In this document: positions 45,345-54,901 of the stretch, one piece after another | Numbering within the stretch: the first letter of the stretch is position 1 | How the letters are laid out: the number at the start of each line of letters is the position of its first letter | Virus record (IMG/VR): IMGVR_UViG_3300017971_000185 | Coordinates: 62,001-126,000 of that record | Strand: one strand, 5' to 3' | DNA length: 64,000 bases | The notes under the pieces: model-generated | What the model saw: the letters and a program-made list of their open reading frames with translations, nothing else | What the model was told of the DNA's origin: nothing | Databases searched by the model: none | Translations under genes and position numbers: made by a program

Positions 45345-46511
45345 ATGACTGTCGATTTCCAGATCGGTTTTCCTTGCCCGCATCTCACCATTGAGGAGCG
45401 GGTAGCCCTAGGGGAAGATCGCCGTTCTCTGGAGACTCTTCAGCCGGTTACGTCAGGGGACTTTGTTCGGATTACGGCAAACGATGACGTGGACATTCCG
45501 AAGCAAGGTCTGGTTTCCTCTGCTCGGATTGCGGCAAAAGCTCCCGGTCCGTTTACTATCCCTTGTGGACGGAATCGCATTACGATCAGCAATGCTCGCG
45601 GGTCACTAGAAGACTTCGTGCTTCCTGTTGGTGTGCGTGTCGAGGCGGCACGCGTGGTCGGGCTTCTCTCTGCGGCTTTTCTGAATGCCCAGCTTGGCAT
45701 CTTGCCGGTAAGTCGCAATGGTGTGTTGGTTTTGACGGACACGGACGATGCGGGGCCTCTTTCTCGCATAGACGTGCGCGGGACCGCTGCTGAAGCGTTG
45801 GGGTTCACGGGACAGATCGCGAGCCGAGGCCGACAGGTATACCCCGGCTGGGAGATGGCGGAGCGCGAAGATCTAGTCACCGCAACGAGCATCAATCAGT
45901 TTGTGAGCATCACGACTCGGTATCCTCGTTTCGTTACGCCAATCAAGGCCAATCCCGTTTTCAAAGTCACCTATGCCACGATTCAACAACGGTGTCGTCG
46001 GTGTTCGATGACTGGAATCGAGAATGACTACCGCTTCGACACTCAAGGACTCGCGCTCCTCGTACAGAACGAGGATCTGTTGAACCAGGCGCTGATCAAG
46101 ATCCTCCTGACGAGACGGGGGTCCAACCCTTACCACACGTACTATGGCTCAAGACTGTCCGATTTCCTCGGCAACAAGTCAGTCAATCGGACGACGATTG
46201 GCGTCAACGAGGATGTGATTCGGACGGTCGATACGTTCAAGCGTCTACAGACTCTCACCGGACAGTTTCAGGCAATCACCGCTCAAGAGCGGTTGTTCGC
46301 TGTGTTGTCGATCAATGTGATTCCGAAGGCAGATGATCCCAACGTGTTCAACGTGGTCATCACCGGCACCAATGCTTCGGGAGACCCGGTGACTCTCACT
46401 ACAGTGTATGTTGCCCCCGGAGCAGCGGCACTTGTGGGAGCCAGCGGGAAATCCCTAGGGCTCGGGGGTGTTGGGTTGAAGGAAGATATCACCAGAGGGG
46501 ATGTCTTTTAG
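45345..46511 (+). CDS. gp25/GPW-like baseplate wedge protein with N-terminal extension
   Basis: LVQNEDLLNQALIKILLTRRGSNPYHTYYGSRLSDFLG; directly before the J-like gene. Confidence 0.8.
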   Translation: MTVDFQIGFPCPHLTIEERVALGEDRRSLETLQPVTSGDFVRITANDDVDIPKQGLVSSARIAAKAPGPFTIPCGRNRITISNARGSLEDFVLPVGVRVEAARVVGLLSAAFLNAQLGILPVSRNGVLVLTDTDDAGPLSRIDVRGTAAEALGFTGQIASRGRQVYPGWEMAEREDLVTATSINQFVSITTRYPRFVTPIKANPVFKVTYATIQQRCRRCSMTGIENDYRFDTQGLALLVQNEDLLNQALIKILLTRRGSNPYHTYYGSRLSDFLGNKSVNRTTIGVNEDVIRTVDTFKRLQTLTGQFQAITAQERLFAVLSINVIPKADDPNVFNVVITGTNASGDPVTLTTVYVAPGAAALVGASGKSLGLGGVGLKEDITRGDVF

Positions 46512-46514
46512 CTG

Positions 46515-49500
46515 ATGTCGTTGACTCCCAAAATCCTCGGTCCAGACGGCATAGCTCGTGAGAATTCCATTTTCACGACAACGCTGCCGCAACGCTTCTT
46601 CCAGGGCACTGTCGACGCCTCGACGGTGGACATGCAGATCAGTGTTCGTGGTGAGGCTTTCACATCGAATCCCGACCTGATCATCTTCGAAGGTGAGTCG
46701 TTCCAGATTCCCAATCCTTCAGTGTATCCCGAGGGATTGGAGTTGGCGCCTGGTCTCAACGTCATCGAGGTGCGTGCAGTCTCTTTCTCGGGAGCGGTAT
46801 CACCAGCCGCTCGCGTTGAAGTGACGCTCGTACAGGAGGCCGACGTTTCCTTCATTCCCGATCCTCCGACGAACATCACGGTGGAACGGTTCGATGAGGA
46901 GATTGAGATCTCTGTGCAGATGCCCACGGACGCGCGCGTTCGGGGGATCAACTTCTATGCTTCGGAGTTTTCGGGCGGCGGTGCTATCGGATATCAGCGC
47001 ATCAATCTCGATCTTGTACAGGACACGGTAGTTGTAGAAGAGACCGATACCCTCCACACATTGGAGGTCGACAGCTCCATCGCGACGAACCCGGATGGTA
47101 CTCCTGCGGCCGACCCTTTGTATGTGCAACTGCGGGAGACCCAGACCAAGGGTGGAGACACCATAGAGAGACTGGAGGACGTGACGCTGACGGATGAGTT
47201 GGCGGCAGCGATCACGTACAACGAGCAAGAGAATCTGCTCAAGACTGATTTCCTCGATGTCTTTGAAGTCCCCGAGACGGTCCAGAACATCCGCACTTCC
47301 GTGTCGGTCGCTTCTGTCACGCAGGTTGTCTTTGCCAAATTCAGGCACAACCGCACCGCCGGCCCATCGAGCACGCCTCCCACGGTAGCCGTAGGCGTGT
47401 TCGCGTCTACTCCCATTAGCGATCCGCTGTACTACGTCGTGACGGCGGTGGCTTTCGATGAATCGACGCAGATTGAGTCGGAGTCGGCTTTCTCGATCGA
47501 GGTCTTCGGCAACCCCGTCACTGTCAACCTCCAGGTGGGTGCTTTTCCGGTGGTGTCGAGGTCGGACATCACACAGCAGACGATCACATCCATCTTGCGG
47601 ACGAATCCAACCCAGGCTCTCGCGCCTGGCGCCGTGATTCGTGACACGGTTGTTGATCCGTCCTCCAGTGAGGCAGAGCGGGTCCGCTTTATCGTGGACT
47701 TCTTGCATCGCGCACAGTCCTTTGATTCTCTGTTGCGGGTTGATGGTATCGACGCGAACGGTGATTCCATTGCCGTCCAGAATTCGGCTTACAAGCAAGC
47801 GCTTCAGCGTGCCTTTGGGAACATCAGTACGCAGCAAACTCAGGCCATCATTGATGCGGCTTTTGAGCAGGAAGCTGCGAGGGTTGGCGAATCTCGTCGG
47901 CCTGGTATTTACTCACGCGGGCTTCTCACCTTCTTCACTTCGAGACGGCCCAAGCAAACGATCCAGATTCCTCTCGGCACGCGGGCTGCTATCGGTGGTG
48001 TCTTTTTCAGCACAACGCAGTCTGCGTCAATGCCTCTTGATAGCGTGGCATCGTTTTTCAATCCGGTCACAGGGCTATTTTCTCTCGACGTGCCCATCCG
48101 TGCCGATGAGGTAGGGACGCAAGGGAATGTGGCGCGCGGGCAGATTCGGACACTCGTTGATCAGGTCGGCGGTCTCCAGGTAGTGAATCCAGGGCCGACG
48201 TTCGGTGGTCGGGGTGTGGAGACGAATCTGCAATTGGCGACGCGAGCCAGGAATGCCGTGGCTGGGTCTGATACAGGAACCGAGGCGGGATATCGCCAGA
48301 CTCTAGCAAACATTCCAGGAGTTGAGCAGGCGAAGGTTGTCACGTCGGGTAACACGTTGATGCAGCGGGACTTCGATCCTGCTTCGGGACGACACGTCGG
48401 AGGGAAGGTTGATGTCTATACCCGTGGCGATGTCCTCGCTACCGTCACGGACACGTTCGCCTTCACTTTCGAGATCGCCTACAACATCCAATTCAAGCTC
48501 TTTGGCAACCCGGCAGAGCTTAAGTTTGAAGCCATGGACCCAACACTCTCGGTGGACAATCCGATTGCCGAGATGTTGGATTTCCCCGACGCAGGGTTGG
48601 GACTCCGTAATGCTTCGCAGTCGGCTGCATACGACCTGACGGATGTGCAGATTCTCGACTACAAGACAATTCAGTTGAGCGATGCGGTCCCGCAGCCGGT
48701 GATCACGGCTCTCAGCGATGTGGTCCTTGGGGACTATCGTTACGTGGTCAGTCGCAAGTTTGTGTTGCCACGGCAGCCTACACGAGAGGTGTTGTCGGTC
48801 ACGGGGGCTGTGACCGGCGTTCTCGATGAAGACAACTACCGCTTCTTCAAGACGGAATCGCCGTTGTTGGACGGCCTCTCGACGGAATCGCAATCCTATC
48901 TCCAGATCGATGAGGTCAATGGTCAGCCGACCGGCGAGGTTATCCCTGTAGAGGATGAGGTTCATGTCATCATTGGCGAGTTTCCCGAGTCTTTGTTCAA
49001 CCTGGGTGCCAATGTTCTGACGGTAAAGGTGTACAACGAGGATCGCACGGTTCTGTTCCGCGGTCCCTTCGATCCCAGCGGCATCAGCGATTACACGATT
49101 ATCCCCGGTAGCCAGACGACTCCGGTCAAGATCAAGCGTGTCGAGTCGGGGGCGATTCTCTCGGGCCAGCGTCTCAGTGTTGACTACTCGCACGATGAAA
49201 ACTTCGTGGTCGAGTACACGATCAACCTGGCGGTACGCACTGCCCAGGACGCGGTCGATGCCCAAAAGCACGCTACGGCGGACATCTTGATCAAGGAGGC
49301 CATTCCGGTACTCGTGGACAGAACCGCTACTGTGATCAAGGAGTCGGAGGCAGCCACGTCTACGGTAGATCGGAGCATCCGATCGAACCTGAAGGTGTTT
49401 TACGAAGGGTTGTCTCTGGGTGACTCCGTTCGTCAGTCGGATGAGGCGGCAGAGATCAACCGGAGCGTTGGTGTCGCGTATGTGACGGTTCCCTTCACAA

Positions 49501-50045
49501 AACTCGCGCGACAGCCTGGCTCTGCCGTGCTGCGAGAGTCGCTCACGACGGCACAGAACGCAGACATTACCTACCTATCTGAGTACTCCACGGAGTCCGT
49601 GCTCGTTTGGCTCATCGAAGAGGAGTTGAACGCGGCGACGACTACAGGCGGCGGAGATGCGACGGAATTTCGCGAGGTCACGCAGGATGATCTGGCGATG
49701 GATTTGCAGATCGTGGATCTTCCTTCGATTGGATCCGGTGCGAGTCGTGCGTACATCATCGGGGACGCGGGGGCATCGATCATGGGCTACACGGACGATG
49801 TAACTCTTGAGGAAGAATTCCCCACGGCGACTCCTCAAGAGCGAAATCAGGTCCGTAGAGATCGGACGGCAAACCGAGTAGTCATCTCGCTTGCCGTTGG
49901 GGATAGTCCCACGAATTACAAGTACACGGTCAGCTACATCGTTGGCTCGACCAACGCTGGCGTGAAGAACCTGGATGCCTTTGACATCGAGTACTTCACG
50001 CTCGGAAACGTCAACCTCACCATCGTGGATGAAAAAGACCAGTAG
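46515..50045 (+). CDS. Baseplate J-like wedge protein
   Basis: GAVIRD, GTQGNVARGQI, VVNPGPTFGGRGVETNLQLATR, GTEAGY, GGKVDVY. Confidence 0.88.
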   Translation: MSLTPKILGPDGIARENSIFTTTLPQRFFQGTVDASTVDMQISVRGEAFTSNPDLIIFEGESFQIPNPSVYPEGLELAPGLNVIEVRAVSFSGAVSPAARVEVTLVQEADVSFIPDPPTNITVERFDEEIEISVQMPTDARVRGINFYASEFSGGGAIGYQRINLDLVQDTVVVEETDTLHTLEVDSSIATNPDGTPAADPLYVQLRETQTKGGDTIERLEDVTLTDELAAAITYNEQENLLKTDFLDVFEVPETVQNIRTSVSVASVTQVVFAKFRHNRTAGPSSTPPTVAVGVFASTPISDPLYYVVTAVAFDESTQIESESAFSIEVFGNPVTVNLQVGAFPVVSRSDITQQTITSILRTNPTQALAPGAVIRDTVVDPSSSEAERVRFIVDFLHRAQSFDSLLRVDGIDANGDSIAVQNSAYKQALQRAFGNISTQQTQAIIDAAFEQEAARVGESRRPGIYSRGLLTFFTSRRPKQTIQIPLGTRAAIGGVFFSTTQSASMPLDSVASFFNPVTGLFSLDVPIRADEVGTQGNVARGQIRTLVDQVGGLQVVNPGPTFGGRGVETNLQLATRARNAVAGSDTGTEAGYRQTLANIPGVEQAKVVTSGNTLMQRDFDPASGRHVGGKVDVYTRGDVLATVTDTFAFTFEIAYNIQFKLFGNPAELKFEAMDPTLSVDNPIAEMLDFPDAGLGLRNASQSAAYDLTDVQILDYKTIQLSDAVPQPVITALSDVVLGDYRYVVSRKFVLPRQPTREVLSVTGAVTGVLDEDNYRFFKTESPLLDGLSTESQSYLQIDEVNGQPTGEVIPVEDEVHVIIGEFPESLFNLGANVLTVKVYNEDRTVLFRGPFDPSGISDYTIIPGSQTTPVKIKRVESGAILSGQRLSVDYSHDENFVVEYTINLAVRTAQDAVDAQKHATADILIKEAIPVLVDRTATVIKESEAATSTVDRSIRSNLKVFYEGLSLGDSVRQSDEAAEINRSVGVAYVTVPFTKLARQPGSAVLRESLTTAQNADITYLSEYSTESVLVWLIEEELNAATTTGGGDATEFREVTQDDLAMDLQIVDLPSIGSGASRAYIIGDAGASIMGYTDDVTLEEEFPTATPQERNQVRRDRTANRVVISLAVGDSPTNYKYTVSYIVGSTNAGVKNLDAFDIEYFTLGNVNLTIVDEKDQ

Positions 50046-51436
50046 TGTCCAACGGCGACGACAGAGCAGATCGGTTTCTGCCGTTTAGCATCGAGCAGAA
50101 CCCCGCACCGACTCGCCTTGAGGGTCAGGACAGCACCAACCAGATCCAAGACTTGACGGACTCGATCATGGAGACGTTCCTGCGCGTTCTCCCATCGAAT
50201 TACGTCAGTCAGATTAATGGCCCGTACTACACTACGCAGTTTCGATCGCTAGCCGAGGTTCTAGCTCGGGTGCAGGTCACGGCTGAGCAAGCTGCTCTCG
50301 ACGGCTACATCAACTTCACACGTCCAGAGTATCTGTGGCAGGTCATTGGTGCGTTGGCCTTTCCTGAGGCCAAGTCGAATCGGGACGTGCCCACCATCCC
50401 AGGGGATGTCTCGTATCGAACCTTCCTCAAGAGAATCATCGAGCTACTCTTGGAGGGAGCCAAGCTGGAAGTCCAGAAGGAAGGCATCGAGGCGCTGACT
50501 TCGGCCGTCGTGTCGGTGTTGGCGAAGGTTGCCTACCAGCGTGACCCCAACACCGCGTGGGGTTTCCCCGATCAATTCACGTTTGAGATCAACGTCAGCG
50601 ATCGGACGGTTTGGACAGACCCAGGTACAGGCGATCTGATCGAGGGGGACATCGGTACGGGTTTCCCCGATCTTCCTTTCGTGCTTCAGAAAAACGTCGG
50701 AATCGTGCTCCGGGCTCTCAAACCGGGCCACGCAATCTACGATTACCGAAACCTGTTTCTGGAATCCTTTGACACGCTGTTTGAAGATACGGTTTCCTTT
50801 GACTTCGACACGTTCTACTACGAGGACTTTCGGAAATTCTGCACCGGGGCCAAGGAAGTCACCGGTACAGAAGGTGAGACGCTGACCGATCGTTTCCTCT
50901 TCTCGGACCCCACGCGTGAGTTTCGGTGGATCCTACCTGGAGCGATTCTGGAGGTTCTGTCAGGCCCCAATGCCCGTCCCACGCTCGGAGGCGTCGATCA
51001 GGCCACGTTGGGGCGTTACCGTGTCCGTGAAATTCTCCGTATGCCCATCGGTGCGGAGACAACGCCTCGAAGCTATACAACCTCGCCTACAGGTTTGGTG
51101 GGCACGGTAACGATTCTGGATGGTGGTGAGCTAGAAGATCTCAGCCAGGATTGGTCTCTGGCCGAGGAAGGTGAAATTCTGACCCTCAGCGATGGCCCCA
51201 ATGGGGGCCGCTACCGCTTGGAAACGTTGCTTGGCCCGGATGGCGGCTCTGTGGGATTCGTGCCTTCGGGGTCAGGCATAACCAACGTGCGTGTTTCGCC
51301 GAGTCTCCTTCGCTTGGAGACGATCATGCCGGAGACGGCAACAGACCAGATCTACCGTGTGGGAGTTGATCGTCTTGGCGTCAGACGCCCTCAGGTCGTT
51401 ACGGGGGAAGATGTTTCTGCGCAGTTTTACCTGTGA
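50045..51436 (+). CDS. Baseplate wedge protein (gpI/gp7-like)
   Basis: LPSNY, DVSYRTFLKRII..LLEG, LRALKPGH; follows the J-like gene. Confidence 0.7.
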   Translation: MSNGDDRADRFLPFSIEQNPAPTRLEGQDSTNQIQDLTDSIMETFLRVLPSNYVSQINGPYYTTQFRSLAEVLARVQVTAEQAALDGYINFTRPEYLWQVIGALAFPEAKSNRDVPTIPGDVSYRTFLKRIIELLLEGAKLEVQKEGIEALTSAVVSVLAKVAYQRDPNTAWGFPDQFTFEINVSDRTVWTDPGTGDLIEGDIGTGFPDLPFVLQKNVGIVLRALKPGHAIYDYRNLFLESFDTLFEDTVSFDFDTFYYEDFRKFCTGAKEVTGTEGETLTDRFLFSDPTREFRWILPGAILEVLSGPNARPTLGGVDQATLGRYRVREILRMPIGAETTPRSYTTSPTGLVGTVTILDGGELEDLSQDWSLAEEGEILTLSDGPNGGRYRLETLLGPDGGSVGFVPSGSGITNVRVSPSLLRLETIMPETATDQIYRVGVDRLGVRRPQVVTGEDVSAQFYL

Positions 51437-51505
51437 GATGGGCCGATATAGGCCCTATAGCCGAGCCAAGATAAGGGCCGCTACAGGTCTCTTTGGAGAA
51501 GTTTC

Positions 51506-54500
51506 ATGGCCATCCAAAGCCTCGTAAACGGAATCAATCCTCTGACTGACACCAGCCGGAATGATGCACGTTCTGGCGATGTCATCACGCTGAATTACGT
51601 CGGTGGTCCGTTTGTCACGATCGGTTGGTCGTTGACATTCACACCGGATGCTCCAGACGGAACGCCATCAACCGCAGTCTTGTCGGGTACGTCTGGTCCT
51701 GGTCCGATCACCTTCACGATCGATAATGAAGGTTCCTACATGGTTCGGCAGGTGGTGGACGATGGCGTGTCTATCACCGAGACCTATGTGCGGATTCGAT
51801 ACCTTACCTTCTTTGCCGATCTCAAGCTGGTAGCGGGTGGGGAGCGTATAGATCCTCCGCTTCCTCCGATTCCGGTTGATGCGACTCCAGAGGGATGGGC
51901 CGACGATCAGAACCAGAATCTCCAGACGTTGCTGGGGCTCATCGAGCACGTCTCCGCCAGCGGTCGCATCATCTACGTCGATGCCAACCGTGGCAAGGAC
52001 TACTCCAACACTCCCAGCGATCCCACGGTTGCCGAAGGCTTTGCCGACTTCGACTCAGTTGACAATGCGATCCAGGCAGCGTTGTTCGATCCCACGTACA
52101 ACGGTGGTGTTTCACCATCCCCGACTGACCCGGTGATTGTTGCGGTTCGCCCTGGTCTGTATGATGAGGCGGTCACCTTTGAGCCCTACGTGCATGTCAT
52201 CGGGTGGCCTTCGACGGGTGGTTTCCTTGGCGATACCGATCAGTCAGTCCGCATTCGTACCACATCAGGCTCGCCGCATGTTCTCAACATGACGAGTGGC
52301 GGTGAATTCTGCCACATCCATGCAGTGTTGCTGGAGAATAATGCGTCCACAGCAAGCGCCGCGGTTCGCAAGGTAGGTCTTGGTCAGGCGTATCTCTCCA
52401 ACAGCCGAGTCTTGCAGAACGGAGACAGTGTAGGGCAAGGGCCAGCGGTGGCCATCGATGTGGGTCGTCTCGTGTTTCACGAGTGCAAGGTGATCCAGAA
52501 TGCGACTACGGATGACACGGCTGTAGCTCTACAGCTATCCCCCACAGGGCCGAACACGGCCGAGGTCGTCGCGACGCGCAGCGAGTTTCGCGGCACAAGC
52601 AGCGCGATCTTGGATTCCAACCAGGCTGGGTCCACGACGGAAGCCAACTTCCGCGACTGTGACTTCGTACAGGTTGGTGCTGGAGTCACTTCGTTCTGCG
52701 TGGACTCCTTTGCACCGGCAGCACGGTTTGAGGATTGTCGCTTCATCATGGAGAATGCTGCTACGGACGCGGTTCGTGGTAACCCCGGCGCAGTGGGAAC
52801 GCCAGGCGACCTGCTCATCGCACTACGCGGTTGCATCGTAGGCGGGCCGAATCCCTCGGCCTATCTGGGTATCAACGTAGACGATACGGGTGTCACGGGT
52901 ACGCCAACGCTCCAGCTTGGATCGTCCGAGTATGGAACGCTCACTCTCGGTGGTACGGTTGTCGAGACTGCTCTTACACTTGGCACGTCGTTGTTCTACG
53001 ACAACTCGGTTACGACGATCACGGCCACGAATGTTCAGGACGCGATCGATCAGGTCTCTGCTCAGGCGACATCCATCGCAGATCTCGATGATGCCTACGA
53101 CGGCTACGACTTCACGACCACACCGCCGACACGTCTCATCGGGGGTGGGCGAACGATCACGGCCGATGCCGATGCTGTAGAGATCCATGGTTCGGGTGTC
53201 CCCACCAATCCTCCGCCACTAGAGGATGCGACCGGGGACGGAACGCTTCGTGTTGTAACGGCTACCGAGATCGGAGCGATCAACGCGCCGGAGATGGCGT
53301 TGCGCTCCAACTTCTTCGGCAGTGGCCCGATGATTGAGCTTGGCAACTTGATCTGGAGCGATAGCTCGGTCGGAGCAAACGGTCTGATCATCGCGGGCCA
53401 GAACACCCCAGGCGGGGCGTTGTTCCGAAACTACAATCTGCGGCTTCAGAGCTACAGCGGCCAGGGGAACACGGCAACAGGCGGTGCTTCTCCCGCTATG
53501 GGGTCGGTCATCGTCATGGGCGGATCGGCCTATGCCATCGCTGGCGTGGATTCTCCGGCAGGCGGGACCGTCTATGTCATGGGCGGCAACGTAGACTCCA
53601 ACGCGGTTGGGCTCGCTAGTATCGCGGGAGATATCTTCCTTGCACCGGGCATTACGGCAGCCCCTTTAGCCACCGAAGCGTTTGGGACCGTCCAGATCCC
53701 GAATCCAGAGACGGCGACGCCTGCAACACTCGTTGCGGGTGCAAACTTCGTAGACTCCGGTGCTCCCGCTGGAATCATCACTTTCGCTACGAGCAACGGA
53801 AAGGCGGACATCACGTTCACGGGTGGTGAGGTTTGGGCCGGGCCTGGAGGTATTCAGGAGGCGCTCCAACTCAACACGGGAATTTTGGCGACGTGGCCCG
53901 GCGCTGGAAACCCGATTACGTTGACAACGACGCATACGGGGCCGACTGCCGATCTGGTGTTTATCTCGGACTCGATAGCGGGAGCGCTCAATACGTTCCT
54001 TGGAGACTTCACACCGGGCGGCGGGGCTCTTTTTACTGCGGGCACCTATCCAGATACGGCACGGTTGTGGGGAGCCACCAACCAGATTCTTACGCTGGAC
54101 GCCGTTCTCAAGATGCCTCAGATCGCGCACACGACTATCCCAGCGGGTCAGTCGGGTATCTTCGTTTCGGACGGCACAGCTCCGGCCAGTGTACCTGGGG
54201 TGCCCTGGTACAAAGATCCGGGCGGGATTCTCTTCGATTTGACGGCGGGTGGCGGCGGAGGAGCGCCAATCTCGGCTCCTTATGTCACCTTCAGTGGCCC
54301 TGTTGGTGCGCTCACGAACAATCGGGTGCTGACCGGAACGCCGGGGCGAATCAGTGTTGTTGTTGGTGGCGCGGATGACGGTCCGGCCACAGTGGACATG
54401 ATCACGACCGGAGTCGTTCCCGGCGCGTACACGAACACCAATCTCACAGTTGATGCTTATGGGCGGATCACCGCCGCGGCCAACGGAGTAGGAGCAACTG

Positions 54501-54898
54501 CGGAGAAGCTGCTCTCGCGTCAGATGTTGATTCCGGTCGGCGTACCGGCTCCCAACACGATCCGTGAGTATGACATTCTTCAGTTTTCGGCAGGGTTTAC
54601 TCCGGTAGCGGTGTCCGTGATGGTAAACATAGCTGTCACGCCTGTGTTTCCTCCGGGTAATATAACCATCAGTATTGACGTGAGAGACCCAGTTGGTGTT
54701 TTAATTGGGGCGTTGATTACTCCTTTTGACGTGACCACTCTGGCCCCTAATGTGCCAGCCATTCTGCCTCTTATTCCGCCTTTTCCTTTGTTGATTCCAC
54801 CCAATAGCACCATGGAGATTCGCATGGATCAGCCTCCGGGCGCTTCGACTTTGCTCACGGGGGATGGCCTTGTCGTAGCCGTTACCGGAACGGCGTAG
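51506..54898 (+). CDS. Tail fibre/spike with pectin-lyase-like beta-helix region
   Basis: IIYVD..DSVDNAIQAA..VAVRPGLYDEAV; ATNVQDAIDQV; GAYTNTNLTVDAYGRITAA fibre repeat. Confidence 0.7.
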   Translation: MAIQSLVNGINPLTDTSRNDARSGDVITLNYVGGPFVTIGWSLTFTPDAPDGTPSTAVLSGTSGPGPITFTIDNEGSYMVRQVVDDGVSITETYVRIRYLTFFADLKLVAGGERIDPPLPPIPVDATPEGWADDQNQNLQTLLGLIEHVSASGRIIYVDANRGKDYSNTPSDPTVAEGFADFDSVDNAIQAALFDPTYNGGVSPSPTDPVIVAVRPGLYDEAVTFEPYVHVIGWPSTGGFLGDTDQSVRIRTTSGSPHVLNMTSGGEFCHIHAVLLENNASTASAAVRKVGLGQAYLSNSRVLQNGDSVGQGPAVAIDVGRLVFHECKVIQNATTDDTAVALQLSPTGPNTAEVVATRSEFRGTSSAILDSNQAGSTTEANFRDCDFVQVGAGVTSFCVDSFAPAARFEDCRFIMENAATDAVRGNPGAVGTPGDLLIALRGCIVGGPNPSAYLGINVDDTGVTGTPTLQLGSSEYGTLTLGGTVVETALTLGTSLFYDNSVTTITATNVQDAIDQVSAQATSIADLDDAYDGYDFTTTPPTRLIGGGRTITADADAVEIHGSGVPTNPPPLEDATGDGTLRVVTATEIGAINAPEMALRSNFFGSGPMIELGNLIWSDSSVGANGLIIAGQNTPGGALFRNYNLRLQSYSGQGNTATGGASPAMGSVIVMGGSAYAIAGVDSPAGGTVYVMGGNVDSNAVGLASIAGDIFLAPGITAAPLATEAFGTVQIPNPETATPATLVAGANFVDSGAPAGIITFATSNGKADITFTGGEVWAGPGGIQEALQLNTGILATWPGAGNPITLTTTHTGPTADLVFISDSIAGALNTFLGDFTPGGGALFTAGTYPDTARLWGATNQILTLDAVLKMPQIAHTTIPAGQSGIFVSDGTAPASVPGVPWYKDPGGILFDLTAGGGGGAPISAPYVTFSGPVGALTNNRVLTGTPGRISVVVGGADDGPATVDMITTGVVPGAYTNTNLTVDAYGRITAAANGVGATAEKLLSRQMLIPVGVPAPNTIREYDILQFSAGFTPVAVSVMVNIAVTPVFPPGNITISIDVRDPVGVLIGALITPFDVTTLAPNVPAILPLIPPFPLLIPPNSTMEIRMDQPPGASTLLTGDGLVVAVTGTA

Positions 54899-54901
54899 TG
54901 T

